In this document: positions 25,500-38,966 of the stretch, piece after piece
Position numbering within the stretch: position 1 is the stretch's first letter
How the letters are laid out: every line of letters begins with the position of its first letter
NCBI GenBank assembly: GCA_951406725.2
Contig: OX597830.1
Coordinates: 42,966,001-43,030,000 of the forward strand
DNA length: 64,000 nucleotides
Direction: 5' to 3'
Source: Octopus vulgaris
Taxonomy: Eukaryota
Notes under the pieces: model-generated
The model's input: only the letters and a program-made list of their open reading frames with translations
Told to the model about the DNA's origin: nothing
Database searches by the model: none
Translations under genes and position numbers: made by a program

Positions 25500-26850
25500 A
25501 TTCGCTCAGGAGAGGTAGAGACGGAGGAAGAAAAGGTCATATATGAAAGAGAGAAGACTTGTCAAAGTGTGTATTTTTTGCCCTAGTAACCACACCTTTT
25601 AAGATAGGGATTTCTAATCTAGCCCATTCGCATCCTCACCTCATTTTACATGTCCCTGTAAATTTTGGAAGAAAGAGTAACAGAGAGACGGCGAAGCTGT
25701 CAAACGTAGTTGTAGGAAGAAATTGGAGGGAAGGGGGAAAAGAGAGAGATCTAGGAAGAAAAGGTGATATATGAAAGAGAGGACTGAAAAATAAAATAGT
25801 TTGAAGCCTAAAGATGATTTGGCTTACAATGAGAAAACGAATGAAATAGTTAAGAAGTAAATATTTCAAAACTGGAAAATTTTTCAAATTTACCGACAAA
25901 TTTTTGTTAACGACGGTCGCCTTGAGCATAGAAATAAATTCTTTAAAATCTTTTATCCACGCAAAATAATAACATATCTTTTGATAAATAATATCTGTTG
26001 TAATTGTGCGGTGGTGGTGGGAGATAATAAATGACCTTTCTGAAAGACCTGTGGTGGGAATATTTAAACTTTTGCGGCTGTCAAGTTTCGTCTTTATATA
26101 TACAAACAGAAATACATTCAGCGACGCGTTGGAGAAGAAAGAGAGACGGTGAGGTGTCAAACGTCGTTATAGAGAGAGAAATTGGAGGGAAGGGGGAAAA
26201 GAGAGAGATCGAGGAAGAAAAGGTGATATATGAAAGAGAGGACTGAAAAATGAAATATTTTGAAACCTAAAGATGATTTGTTTTAAGAGAAAGATTCTCA
26301 TGATTGTGTGGTGGTGGTGGTGGTTGTGGCGATGATAATTCTCTCTATGTATGCAGACAGACGTAGAGAGAGGGAGAGAGAGAGAGAGAGTGACAGCGCT
26401 TGCGAAGGTGGCGGAGGAAAGATAGTAGACGCTATCAAACGACGTTATAGAGAGAATGTGAGAGGAAGGGAGGAGAGAGAGAGAGAGAGAGATGGAGGAA
26501 GACAGGCAAATAATAGAATGCGATGGCGGCGGGGGAAAGATAATAGACGCTGTGAAACGACGCAATAGAGAGATGGTGAAAGGAAGGGAGGAAAGAGAGA
26601 GAGAGAGATGGAGAAAGACAGACACATAAAAGAATGAGAGTAGACTTGTCAAAGTTTGCGTTTTTGGCCCTAGCAACGATACCTTTTAAGATGGGGATTT
26701 CTAACCTAGCCCACTCGCATCCTCACCTCATTTTACATGTCCCTGTAAATTTTGGAGTCAATCTGACGGGATCTAGTGGCCTTTAACCCGTTCTCAATGC
26801 CAAAACCAGACATACAAAATTTTTGCATTTCAGAATTATAATATATATAT
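25500..26850 (-). mobile_element. Non-coding repeat with internal duplications, possibly a non-autonomous Helitron
   Basis: 25555-25668 is repeated at 26642-26757 and 25666-25830 at 26131-26290. The end resembles microsatellite-bearing Helitron 5' termini; a similar end lies on + at about 24300. Confidence 0.4.
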
Positions 26851-27056
26851 AATATAAGGGATATTAGCCAACTGAATATGGCTAGGGACAGGGCAGGGTG
26901 GTGGGGGTGTCACTGTTGCATTTAGCCCCAGGCGAACATCAACGTCACCAGATAGGCCGACGCCATCACGGCGTCCTCTATCTTGCAAAGGGAGATCACT
27001 CACCAAGAAGCGGATACCACACACGGACCTACGTTTCAAGGTGTATTGCCTATTAT

Positions 27057-27102
<46 letters not shown>

Positions 27103-27850
27103 CAGGGGCGTGCAGTCTAGGTAGACAAAGTAGGCAGTGCCTACTTTGAATAAAATAGATCGATAGCAACATTTTTCTTTTATGGCAAATATGCACCTAA
27201 TTCACTAAAATTATGAAGGTTACTCTTATTACTATGCATAAAATATAAATTTTTTTTTTGTAGATTAGGTAGGCATAATTCACCCCTATCTTTCAATCTC
27301 AGTATTTAAGCAAGGCATAGTACTGCTGTAGTACACGTGCCATGTACACTTCTACAATACCGTTTTCTATACATTCTATAAAGGCATAAGTAAATCTTTC
27401 TCCCGCTAGTCACGCGCATGTGTTTCGCTTATTTTTGTGTGCTTTACTTTCAGATTTAGCTCATTTCTATTTATTTACATTTTAACTTTGTCCAGCAATG
27501 GAAAGTGGCTATCTTAAAACATTTTCATCACTAGCTTATGAAGAAAAGAAACAAATTATAAAAAGTGGCAGGCCAATACCAGAATTTAAGGATCAAAATC
27601 AACAGAAAGGGACAAAAATAATTAGAACATTTGAAACTGCCTGGTGCAGCAAGAAAGTGTGGTTGTGCGGCTGTACTACAACAAAAAGACTCTTGTTTCT
27701 CATGTTTGCTATTTTCTATATCTAGTGAAGGTGTGTGGGTAAAAGAAGGATATTGTGGTTTAAATAATTTGCCCAATGCTTTAAGTTAACACAGCAGCAC
27801 ATTATGAAACCAAATATCATTGAAAGTATTTGGATCTTCACGAATCGACT
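27103..27850 (+). mobile_element. hAT (Tip100-like) transposon 5' fragment
   Basis: CAGGGGCG terminus. ORF 27498 (EEKKQIIKSGRP..RTFETAW..KVWLCGC) resembles the TTF-type zinc-finger N-terminus of hAT transposases. Confidence 0.65.
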
Positions 27851-27854
27851 TTGT

Positions 27855-29930
27855 GGAGCAAACGACCGTACGTAAAGGAGTTGGTGACAGAAATGTCTCC
27901 TTTTAAACGCCGCACGGTTGACCCATTAAAGAAGATGCCAAATACTTGGAATAAAAGAATAAGTGCCAAAAGGAATAAAGAAAGACGACACAATCTTTCT
28001 ACTGCTTGAGAGAAAGATATATTTTATTTACAGAAGTGTACAATAGGATAAAGTATGGGTGCTAGCAGAGTGTAGTGTCTGAGTGCATGCACATATGTGT
28101 CTGTGTGTCCGTTGTAAGTATAACAACACTGTGTGCAACAAGTGTTTGTGTCTGTGTGTTTGTGTGTATATTACAAGAGTTAACATGAGTACAAACACGG
28201 TGTATGCGTGTTAGACAAAATACAGAGCATATAAAAGAGTCTCTCAGGATATTTCAGACAAGATGGAGATAAATACCAGTTCGTACAGGTACACAATAGC
28301 AGTTCGTTTTGTGTGAATGAAGTTGGTGACAAAAAGGGAGAGCAGTTACGACGCGTGTAGAAGTTGGAATTATGGAGAGGATGGTGAAGAAAACAATCAC
28401 CTATAAGGTGCACTCGTTGAAAGGTAAAAAGGCAGAACAGATGGAGGCAGAAGTGGAAAAGACGCTGAGGGAACGAACAAAGGAGATAACGTATATAACC
28501 AAAGGAAGAAGATATGGGACAATGGTCGTCCAATGGAGGACGGTAGAGGAGGCTTGGAGGCTGGCGAGTGTGGGGGTGAAAACAGAGGAAGTATTGCTTC
28601 TGCCCACATACCTGGGAAGAAGGACTTCCAAGGTGAGGGTAGAAGCAAATCCACCGGATATAGAAGTGGCTTGGGTAGCGGCAGCTGTCCGTCCTTGTTG
28701 GAGGCGAGGAGAAGGTGCATGTCCTCCAAGCCACAAAAACGGAAGAAGGGGGTGGAAAGGAAGGACACTTGAACTCATTATTCAGACAGAGGAGTGTTAA
28801 CTGGATAACTTGGCAGAGACGGTGACATTGGGGGAAGTCGTGCTGAGGGTATTGGTAGTGTGCAGGGTACCACGTTGTTTTAAATGTGGCCAAAAGGACC
28901 ACATTAGAGCATACTGACCTCTACAAAGGACCATGGCTGAGGAAACAGTTGTGGAGACGGAAGAGAAAAGAGAGGAAGAAAAGACAGACGGAGGAAAGGA
29001 GGAAAAGGACGAAGAATGGAAAATTTCTGAGAGAAGAAGGAGAACGAGAATAAAAGAAAAAACACTGAGTATGATGTGGTACCCTAGTTTAACTCCATCC
29101 TACCCAAGATCACTCAGACCCACCCTTCCCATACAGACACCAACTCCCCCCCCCATTTCCCCTCAAGAAAAAAAGAAAAAAAGGACCACAAAATTTTGTG
29201 AGAACTTGGCGGAGACAGTGACATTGAGGGAAATCGTGCTGAAGGTATGGGTAGAGGGCAGAGTACCACGTTGTTTTAAATGTGGCCAAGAGGGTCACAT
29301 TAGAGCATACTGCCCTCTACAAAGGACTATAGCTGAGGAAACAGTTGTTGAGACGGAAGAGAAAAGAGAGGAAGAAAAGACAGACAGAGGAAAGGAGGAA
29401 ATGGAGGAAGAATGGAAAGTTTCAGAGAGCAGTAGAAAGAGAAAAAAAGAAAAAACTCTGAGTATGATGTGGTACCCCAGTCCAACTCCATCCCACCCAA
29501 GACCACTCAGATCCACCCTCCCCATACAGACACCAAATTCACCCTACCCATTTCCGCACAAGAAAAAAAAAGAAAAAAAGAAAGAACAGACACCACAAAA
29601 TTTAGACGACCCCACATCCAGTGAAAAAGGTTACGAATGTATGGCGGAGAGAATGATGTCCTTATGTGATGGAGAAAGGGGGAAAAGGATTTGACTGAAG
29701 GACAAAAAAGGACTTAGGACCCAGAGGCGGCGAGTGGTGTTACTCAGTGTGGGGTGAGTAGCACATTCCTCATAATATCATTTTTAGATATCATTCATGT
29801 TATATTTTAATTTGTTTTTCATCTCATTTTCATGTGTCATTCATTATATCATACTTTATTTTTTATATTTTTAATTGTTATATGTCCCCACATGTGTTGT
29901 AGTGTCCCCCTCTGTGTAATTAATGCCTTC
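27855..29930 (+). mobile_element. Retroelement ORF1/Gag-like remnant with duplicated CCHC knuckle and no RT
   Basis: PRCFKCGQEGHIRAYCP at about 29265 and a stop-containing copy at about 28870; internal about 395-bp tandem duplication. Confidence 0.65.
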
Positions 29931-29954
29931 ATGGCAATTTAAAAGAAATAGAGA

Positions 29955-30049
29955 CACTTGCTTCCCAACAACATGGTTCCGGGTTCAGCCTTTCTACTAT
30001 AGCCTCGGACCAACCAAAGCCTTGATAGACGGAAACTGAAAGAAATCCA

Positions 30050-30080
<31 letters not shown>

Positions 30081-30520
30081 GTAACTTTGTGCCTGTGTTT
30101 GTGTGTTCCCCATTACCGCTTGACAAGCGGTGTTGGTGTGTTTACGTCCTCGCATCTTAGTAGTTCGGCAAAACAGACCGATAGAATAGATACTAGGTTT
30201 AAAATAAATGTTTTGTGGTCGATTTGTTCGACTAAAAATGAAAATCGTTCAAGGCCCCAGCATGGCCGCAGTCACACACACACACATACCTGGATTTCTT
30301 TCAGTTTCCGTCTACCAAGGCTTTGGTTGGTCCGAGGCTATACTAGAAAGGCTGAACCCGGAACCATGTTGTTGGGAAGCAAGTTTCTTTATTTCTTTTA
30401 AATTGCCATAAAGGCATTACACAGAGGGGGGGGGCACTACAACACATGTGGGGACATATAACAATTAAAAATATAAAAATAAAGGCCCCAGCATGGCTGC
30501 AGTCAAATGACTGAAATAAG
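29955..30520 (+). mobile_element. tRNA-derived SINE with internal (TG)n, interrupted by an inverted duplication
   Basis: Same family as the minus-strand copy at 48296-48680 (tttctttcagtttccgtctaccaa..ggctttggttgg..gaggctata). Confidence 0.7.
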
Positions 30521-30907
30521 TTAATGGTAAAAGATAAGAGATGGAAAACGCCTTTCCATTTGGGCGAGACTTCCGCCCGTCCCCCACCAAACCACCCTTT
30601 AAAAAAAAAGTCTTTTTTCGAACAAACCCCACTTTTCGGCTACGAGGAATACGAATCTACAAGAAAAAAAATTGGCAAAAATCGGTATTTTTAAATTACC
30701 GCCCCACCCCCATTTCCTTCATTTTTCTCCTTTTCCCAGAAAATATCTTTTTCGAAATATACGGAAAAATACGGTGATTATGATTTTGAAAAAAATTTCC
30801 AAAAACTTTTGTAAATTTTTTTTTAAAGAATTTTTTCCCCCCTAAATATGCGGAAAAATATGCACATTATGATTCGGACAAAAATTTCAAAACATTTCTG
30901 TAGTTAC

Positions 30908-30968
30908 GGGTTTTAGGGTTAGGGTTAGGGTTAAGGTTAGGGGGTTAGGGTTTTAGGGTTAGGGTTAG
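30908..30968 (+). repeat. Interstitial telomeric repeat (TTAGGG)n, degenerate
   Basis: About 9 units including ttaagg and ttttaggg variants. Confidence 0.85.
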
Positions 30969-31100
30969 TGTTGGGGAAAAAAGTCAAAATTGAAGAATTT
31001 GTGGAGCGGGGGGAGAGGGGGGAGGAAGGGGGAAAATTTAACACTGCCGATTTTTAATTTTCCGGAACCTCTGTATCTAAAAAACGGGTTTTTTTTGCAA

Positions 31101-31131
<31 letters not shown>

Positions 31132-31169
31132 ACAAATTTGGGAGAAAATGGAGGGGGGTACTTATATAA

Positions 31170-31204
<35 letters not shown>

Positions 31205-33141
31205 GGAACTTACAAAAACAAACAAACAAAACAAAAGACGAATATGGGTGTGTAAACAACAGATGTATTAGTTTCTATATACGTGTGTATATATGTATAC
31301 ACACACACATAAACATATGTATTATATACATATGTATTATGCATATTTACATATCTATACATACCCGCACGCTTGTGTGTTTGTGAGAGAGAGAGAGAGA
31401 GTTGTGTGTGTGTGTGTGTGTATTGTGTTCTATGACCACGCGGCTTTATATTTTGGACATGTCATGCACATTCTCCATGGGATGGTAAATTCATCGGAAA
31501 TATGAAGATTGCTTTTGTAGGATCGAAAAATAGGCACTTATCCCTCTTTCCTGTTGGAAATTTTGTTTTATTTTCGTTCTTTGCACGACACATCCGCATT
31601 ATTTGTTTTGTCGTGTTGTGGTACTTGGTAGACATTTTAAAGTTGTATATAAAAAAAATCGTTGAAAATTTCTAGGTTCATTGATTGAAACGAGGTATTT
31701 TTTGTTTTATATCATTTTGTATTGTGTTATAATCTGGTCGTTTCCAACTCTTAATAATTTATTCTCAGAAACCAAAATTGTGCATTGTTTACTTTTCATT
31801 AACAGCGTCAAAGTGGTCCCTGCACTACTTTCGCGCACGCCTGCAATATCCTCCCCACTTTTCTTTTTCTTTTTGGAGCAGTAAACATGGATAAAACAAA
31901 TGAATACCAAAAGCCTTATCATAATGTGAGAATATGTAAAAATATTTTGACCAGATTGTTTTCTAGAAAGGAGCTTCTGGATAGTTTCCTAAATAAGGAA
32001 AGTGGGCGTGTTTGTTTGGACTACTTAAAATTTAGTCGTCATTTCTTATCAGGTCACATGTGTAGGGGAAAAAATCGGTTTGTGAATGTTTCTGTATGTT
32101 GTATCTGGCGTGTGTAGTCTGGTGAGATACCTCATGAAATTGGTGGCGGTATGTATAAGTTGATTATATTCCTGTTGTTATTGTTAGCCCTAAACCGGCG
32201 TTATTCGAGTATTCCAATAACAAAAATATTCGAGCCATGACCACCCGGCTTTTTGTCTCTTTGACTATATTATCCGATGTAGTTGGACTTTCTCCGCCTC
32301 AGTGTGCTCTTTTTAAGACAGTAATCAAAGCTTAAGGCCTAAACAAATTTCAATACTAGTAACCCCTACCCCTTTATTTCATGAAAATCAAATAATTTAT
32401 TTAAAGAGAAAATCTAACGCCTCATAACTTTTTTATTTTTAAAAATTTTCAGAAAATTTTTGCGAATTTGTGTTTTACTCACAAGGAATCATACAATTAT
32501 GAAAGAAAAATAAAAGTTCGTTTTAATATTTTAAAACTCTTCCCCCATAAATCCCAAAAGTTCAACTCTTTTTCGAATCTTTTTTTTTTTAAATCAGAGT
32601 TTTAAAATACGGAGAGTTCGAATTTTTTGTTTAAATCCCAGCAGTAGACTACCCTTGGGTGCATGAGGAGAAAAATATTGAAAAACATAGATATGTGTCA
32701 GAGTGGCAAAGCAATGAGAACGGTATCAGGTGGTTGAGAGATGCGCTAAAAACAACAGTTAAATAACTCTTAAATCACACTCACATAAAAGGGAATTTTT
32801 TACACTGTCATATGAATTCCTTTGTGTGGAACACAAATTTACAAAAATTTCCTGACAATGCTAAAGTTATGAGAATTCCATCAATCCCAAAACTTGTTAC
32901 GTTAAGTCAGATCACGTAAAGATGAGCCAGTTTCTTGGTTTAATATGTTAACTAATACATAACCAAACAACACAGTTTTACTATCTATCACTAACCACTT
33001 CGATACTATAACATTAATTGTGATATTTTGTTGGCGTCCCTCTTCCTGTATTTTTTTGTTTGTCCACCTCAGTATAGTGCCTATACTGTAATTTCCCCAC
33101 CCCTATTCATTTCTAGAGTTTTCTGCGCCCGGTTTGCATTT

Positions 33142-33309
33142 GGCATTCCTATACAATAGAGTCGGAAATTATTTAGTCCGCTCAAAACTGTATTTTTTCA
33201 GCTGTGTGTATTTAAAATAAAGTAGGGAGGAAAAATAAAAATTAGTGGTGTGGAACTTCTTGATCTCCTCCGCATCATTTTGTAATTTTTGAGATTTGAC
33301 ACACACACA

Positions 33310-33375
<66 letters not shown>

Positions 33376-33656
33376 CACACACACACACACATATGTTTCA
33401 TAAATCCGATATAAATGATTCTGTAAAAATATGCGCGAGCAAGATAAAACTGATAAAAGCAAAGAGCAAACTTGTCAAAAGTGGAAAATTTCGAGGAAAT
33501 GAGAGGAGTAGGGAAGACCCCCGCCCCACACACACTCGCACACAACAGAAACTTTTCCTTTTTGTTGAATCGTAATTAGCTTAAAATACAAACCAACGAA
33601 AAAATTAAAATGTTTGGAGCATTAGATAATTTTCGACTCTGTTCTACAGGAATGCC
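33142..33656. mobile_element. MITE (PIF/Harbinger-like) with internal (CA)n
   Basis: Imperfect about 36-bp TIRs ggcattcctatacaatagagtcggaaattat / ataattttcgactctgttctacaggaatgcc, 3-bp TTT flanks. Confidence 0.65.
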
Positions 33657-34819
33657 TTTACGGGGCACCGAAGCGCGTTAGTTGCAAATGTGTGGAATCC
33701 CCGTATAGTCGGAATGGGAATACGTCGGATAATGATTAATTTTTTTTTTGTTGGCGATGATACAGGATCGCATTCTCGTCTAGTTTCAGATTGTTCAACA
33801 AACTTTCTCGCCATAATTCACGGAAAGTTCAGCAGACGTACACAGGATGTTGAAGAGTGATGACGATGGTGTTTAGCTGCTGTCTCAAGCATGTTAGATG
33901 ACAGCTAGAGTGGGAAAAAAAAGTTCGATTAATTAACATGTGTATTTCCAAATGGCCATCATTCTTTAAAAGCATTCCAACCGTGATCATCACGTGGTTT
34001 TAAATGTTCTTTTCTTTTTAAGAACTTCCATCCGTGACCATCCTGTCAAATGTCACTTATGTAGCAACCTACCTCCCTTTTTTCTTTTTGTTTTGAAGAA
34101 CATATTGAGGATTGGAGTGCTAAGTACACTGCCTATAAAATAAAAGATGGGATTGTCATATGTGGAACGCCTTCAATCATAGGTCTACTGAATCAGAGTC
34201 AAACAACAGTAACAACTTGTAATAGATCCTCTCAACTAGCAAATAATCTTCTATGCTGTTTTTCAATCTGCTAGACATAGCAACCAAATCATTACTAAAA
34301 TACCTTTGACTATAGAAGTTGGCTTGGGTCAAGTCTGATCAGAGACTAACCAACAATTGACTATAGTTTCTCTTTCTGGTAGATCAAGTGGCTATGTAGA
34401 ATATTCCTTATTAACTCAGTCTGGCTCTTACTAGCCTTTATTGTTTAATGCAGGACAACTGTGACCTATCAGATTTAAAATCAAAAGCATTCCACCCATG
34501 ACCATTCCATCTTTTATTCATATTTCAAGCAATCGTATTATGTTTGAAAAAATCTACCACATCTTTTAAAATGATTTTTTTAAAAAAGATATTTCAAAGA
34601 ATTAATTTTAATAAAACCTAATGTGGCAAAGCAGAAAGATTTGGGCAACTTTAAGCAAAATTTTAAACAATTTATCCAAATCTTTTCAACTGGAGAGTCT
34701 CAGTGTCCATGACTGATTGTAAAATATCCAAGAAGTAAAACAATTTAATGATGTTGAATTTTAGACAATTTGATACTGCCAAATTTCAGAGAGCATCTAT
34801 GACTAATTGTAATATGTAT

Positions 34820-36858
34820 ACACGAAGGAGTCATACCCAATGACTGGTGTAGCAGCATAATAGTCAACTGCTACAAAGTTAAAGGTGACGCCCTAGATAC
34901 AAATAATTACAGAGGTATCAAACTGTTGGATCAGGTAATGAAGGTTATGGAGAGGGTCATAGCCCAACTAATTAGAGAGAGAGTTAGTTTAGATGAGATG
35001 CAGTTTGGGTTCGTGCCAGGGAAAAGTACCACTGATGCTATATTCCTGGTAAGGCAGCTGCAGGAGAAATACCTAGCCAAAGATAAGCCCCTGTACCTGG
35101 CTTTCGTTGACATGGAGAAAGCCTTCGACAGGATCCTCTGATCCCTTATCTGGTGGTCAATGAGGAAACTAGGGATAGATAAATGGTTAGTGAGAGCTGT
35201 GCGAGCCATGTACAGGGACGCTGCTAGTAAGGTGAGGGTTGGCAACGAGTACAGTGAAGAATTCCGGGTAGAGGTAGGGGTCCACCAAGGCTCAGTCCTC
35301 AGCCCCCTCCTATTTATTATAGTCCTCCAGGCAATAATGGAGGAATTCAAGACAGGATGCCCCTGGGAGCTCCTCTATGCTGATGATCTTGCTCTAATTG
35401 CTGAGTCACTATCAGAACTGGAGGAGAAGTTTCAGGTGTGGAAGCAAGGATTAGAATCGAAGTGCCTTAGAGTCAATCTAGCTAAAACCAAAGTCCTAAT
35501 AAGTAGGAAGGTAGACAAATCACAAACGCCTTCAGGTAGATGGCCCTGCTCGATCTGTAGAAAAGGTGTAGGTAGAAACTCTATAAGATGCACCAAGTGT
35601 AAGCTATGGACACATAAGAGGTGCAGCAATGTCAAAGGAAGGCTAACTAGGAAGATAGTTTTCGTATGTGGCAGATGCTCAGGAGCAATAAACACTGAAA
35701 ATGCCAATTTCTGCCACATTCCAGGGAGAAAAACTAGAAATAGTTGATAGCTTCCATTACCTAGGTGACCAAGTCAGTAGCGGGGGCGGGTGTGCTGAAA
35801 GTGTAACTGCTAGAGTAAGAATAGCTTGGGCAAAGTTCAGAGAGCTCTTACCCCTGCTGGTGACAAAAGGCCTCTCGCTCAGAGTAAAAGGCAGACTGTA
35901 TGACGTGTGTGTATGAACAGCCATGCTACATGGCAGTGAAACATGGGCCGTGACTTCTGAGGATATGTGTAAGCTCGCAAGAAATGAAGCCAGTATGCTC
36001 CGATGGATGTGCAATGTCAGTGTTCATACTCGACAGAGTGTAAGTACCTTGAGAGAAAAGCTGGACCTAAGAAGCATCAGTTGTGGTGTGCAAGAGAGAC
36101 GTTTGCACTGGTATGGTCATGTGGCGAGAATGGATGAAGATAGTTGTGCGAAAAAGTGCCACACCCTAGCGGTTGAGGGAACCTGTGGAAGGGGTAGACC
36201 CAGGAAAACTGGGATGAGGTGGTGAAGCACGACCTTCAAACATTAGGCCTCACCGAGGCAATGACTAGTGACTGAGACCTTTGGAAATATGCTGTGCATG
36301 AGAAGACCCAGCAGGACAAGTGAGACCATAACCTGTGGCCTTTACCAGGGGTGTAGCCAGTCCACTTATGCATACCGTTCCTTCTTGGGACACAAAACTC
36401 TACTTGTGAAGACCTGTTGAGGCAAGTGAGAATTGAAATCGATCAACATCAATGGAAATTGCAGCTGTGATACTAGTGCCGGTGGCACGTAAGAGAACCA
36501 CCTGAACATGGCCGTTGCCATCGCCACCCCAACTGGCCTTGTGCTGGTGGCACGTAAAAAGCACCATCCGTTCGTGGCCATTGCCAGCCTCGCCTGGCCC
36601 CCGTGCTGGTGGCACGTAAAAAGTACCATCTGATCGTGGCTGTTTGCCAGACTCGTCTGGCACCTGTGCTGGTGGCACGTAAAAAGCACCCACTACACTC
36701 ATGGAGTGGTTGGCGTTAGGAAGGGCATCCAGCCGTAGAAACATTGCCTGATCAGACTGGGACTGGTGCAGCCTTCTGGCTTCCCAGACCCCAGTTGAAC
36801 CGTCCAACCCATGCTAGCATGGAAAGCGGATGCTAAACGATGATGATAATGATGATGA
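34820..36858 (+). mobile_element. 5'-truncated RTE-clade LINE
   Basis: QFGFVPGKSTTDAIF, FVDMEKAFD, GVHQGSVLSPLLF, YADD, PHD-like C4HC3 insert, YGSETW-like motif, GRGRPRK. 3' UTR subrepeats and (GAT)n tail. A few stops and frameshifts. Confidence 0.93.
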
Positions 36859-37112
36859 TAGGATAAATATTTGTTGTAACTAAGATCTAGAAATTGAAAA
36901 TGATTTTTAATCAAAGATTTGAGTCCATATAAATTCTGCGTGGTAATTCTTTCATATGGCCCCATGTGCCATGTATCGTCTTCAGGTTACCTTTTGTATT
37001 GGTTCATATGCCTTCCACCCAATTTGTGCATATTCCAGTTTTTTGGATGTATGAAATTTCTGAAGTGGTTTATCATACCAAGGTCATATCCTTAATTTCC
37101 AAAGTTCTGATG

Positions 37113-38478
37113 TGATGATGATGATGATCATCATCATTTAACGTCTGTCTTCCATGCTAGCATGGGTTGGACAGTTCGACCGGAATCTGGGAAGCCAGGA
37201 GGCTGCACCAGGCTCCAGTCTGATCTGGCAGTGTTTCTACAGCTGGATGCCCTTCCTAACGCCAACCACTCTGTGAGTGTAGTGGGTGCTTTTTACGTGC
37301 CACTGGCACAGGTGCCAGGGGAGGCTGGCCATAATCGGTTGATACTTTTTATGTGCCACCAGCACCGAAGCCAGTTAAGGCGGCGCTGGCATCAACCACA
37401 TTCAGATGGTGCTTTTTATGTGCCACCGGCACAGGTATCACAACTACAATTTCCATTTGATTTTTTGATGTTGATGTACTTGACTCAATAGGTCTCCTTA
37501 AGCACTGCAGGTCACCCTATGATCCAAGGTAAGCACAGCAGGCCATCCTGCGATCCAAGTGCAGGAAACAGCCATGAACTCAAGTTATTTGTTGGGTCTT
37601 CGCAGTCACAGCATATCTCCAGAGATCTTGGTCTTTCGTCATTGCCTCTGTGAGGCCCAACGTTCAAAGGTCATGCTTGACCACCTCATCCCATGTCTTC
37701 CTGGATTCCTTCCCAGGATTCTCTTCCCAGGATTCCTTCAACTGTTTGGGAGTGGCACTTCTTCACACATCTCTCCTCATCCATCCGTAGTACATGACCA
37801 TACCAGTGCAGACGTCTTTCTTGCATGCCACATCCAATGCTTTTTACGTCTAGCATTTCTCTCAGGGCACTTACACTCTGTTGAGTGTGCACACTGACAT
37901 TATACATCCAGCGAATCATGCTAGCTTCATTTCTTTCAAGCCTATGCATGTCCTCTGCAGTCATAGCCCATGTTTCACTACCGTTCACACACATGCGTCG
38001 TACAATCTACCTTTCACTCTGGGCGAGAGACCTTTTGTCACCAGTAGGGGTAGGAGCTTTCTAAACTTTGCCCAGGCTATTCTTATTCTAGTGGTAACAC
38101 TCTCTGAGCACCCCCCCCCACTACTAACTTGCTTACCTAGGTAGCGGAAACTATCAACTACTTCTAGTTTCTCCCCCAGTAGTGTAATGGAATCTGTTTT
38201 CTGAGTATCAAGCTATCTTCTCAGTTAATTTTTCTTTGATGTTGCTGCACTTCTTATGTGTCCATAGCTTTCACTGGGTACATCTTATAGAGTTTCTACC
38301 TACACCTTTTCTACAGGTTTAGCAGGGCCACCTACCTGAAGGGGTGTGTGGTGTGTTTGCCTTCCTACTTACAAGAACTTTGGTCTTTGCTACATTGACT
38401 CTAAGGCCTTTTGATTCTAAACCTAGCTTCCACACCCGAAATTTCTTTTCTAGTTCCGGTAATGATTCTGCTATGAGA
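37113..38478 (-). mobile_element. 5'-truncated RTE LINE, related subfamily, inverted
   Basis: GSETWAMTAEDM..RLHWYGHVLRMDE; the 3' end is the reverse complement of 36700-36840. Confidence 0.9.
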
Positions 38479-38706
38479 AATCATAGATCCTGGAGTAATC
38501 CATTCCAGAACAATTGGAATTAAAACCTCAGCACTTTTGCCTTTCATTGATATCAGTTAGTCTCTTTTCCTTTCACATTAGTAACCTTTAATTTTTACCT
38601 GTTTCTTTTCCATTTTCTCAGTGTCGCAGGGAAACAATAATTCATCTATTTCTACAATGATTTTACATCTACCACTCTACTTAGGTTTTTGATGAAAGAA
38701 TTTCAG

Positions 38707-38966
38707 CCTCATCTGGCACCTGTGTCGGTGGCACATAAAAACACCATCCGAGCGTGGCCGTCTGCCAGCCTCGTCTGGCACCTGTGTCGGTGGCACATAA
38801 AATCACCCACTACACTCTCGGAGTGGTTGGCGTTAGGAAGGGCATCCAGCTGTAGAAACACTGCCAGATCTGACTGGACTGGTGCAGCTTTCGGGCTCCC
38901 CAGACCCCAGTTGAACCGTCCAACCCATGCTAGCATGGAAAGCGGACGTTAAATGATGATGATGAT
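38707..38966 (+). mobile_element. RTE 3' UTR fragment
   Basis: Matches 36600-36850, (GAT)n tail. Confidence 0.85.

Noticed and set aside
25636-26676. 169-174 aa minus-strand ORFs
   Set aside because: Low-complexity translations of GA-rich repeats.
28180-28902. 240-aa minus-strand ORF
   Set aside because: Antisense shadow of the purine-rich zinc-knuckle retroelement; no motif.
33660-33900. CpG-richer patch with a kB-like site (ggaatcccc, 33694-33702) as gene 2 promoter
   Set aside because: No first-exon donor identified, it abuts a MITE, and the short motif is expected by chance.
36470-36700. About 58-bp spaced repeats (gtgctggtggcacgtaaaaagcacc) resembling a CRISPR array
   Set aside because: The spacers are similar to each other, the context is eukaryotic, and they are subrepeats of the RTE 3' UTR seen in several copies.
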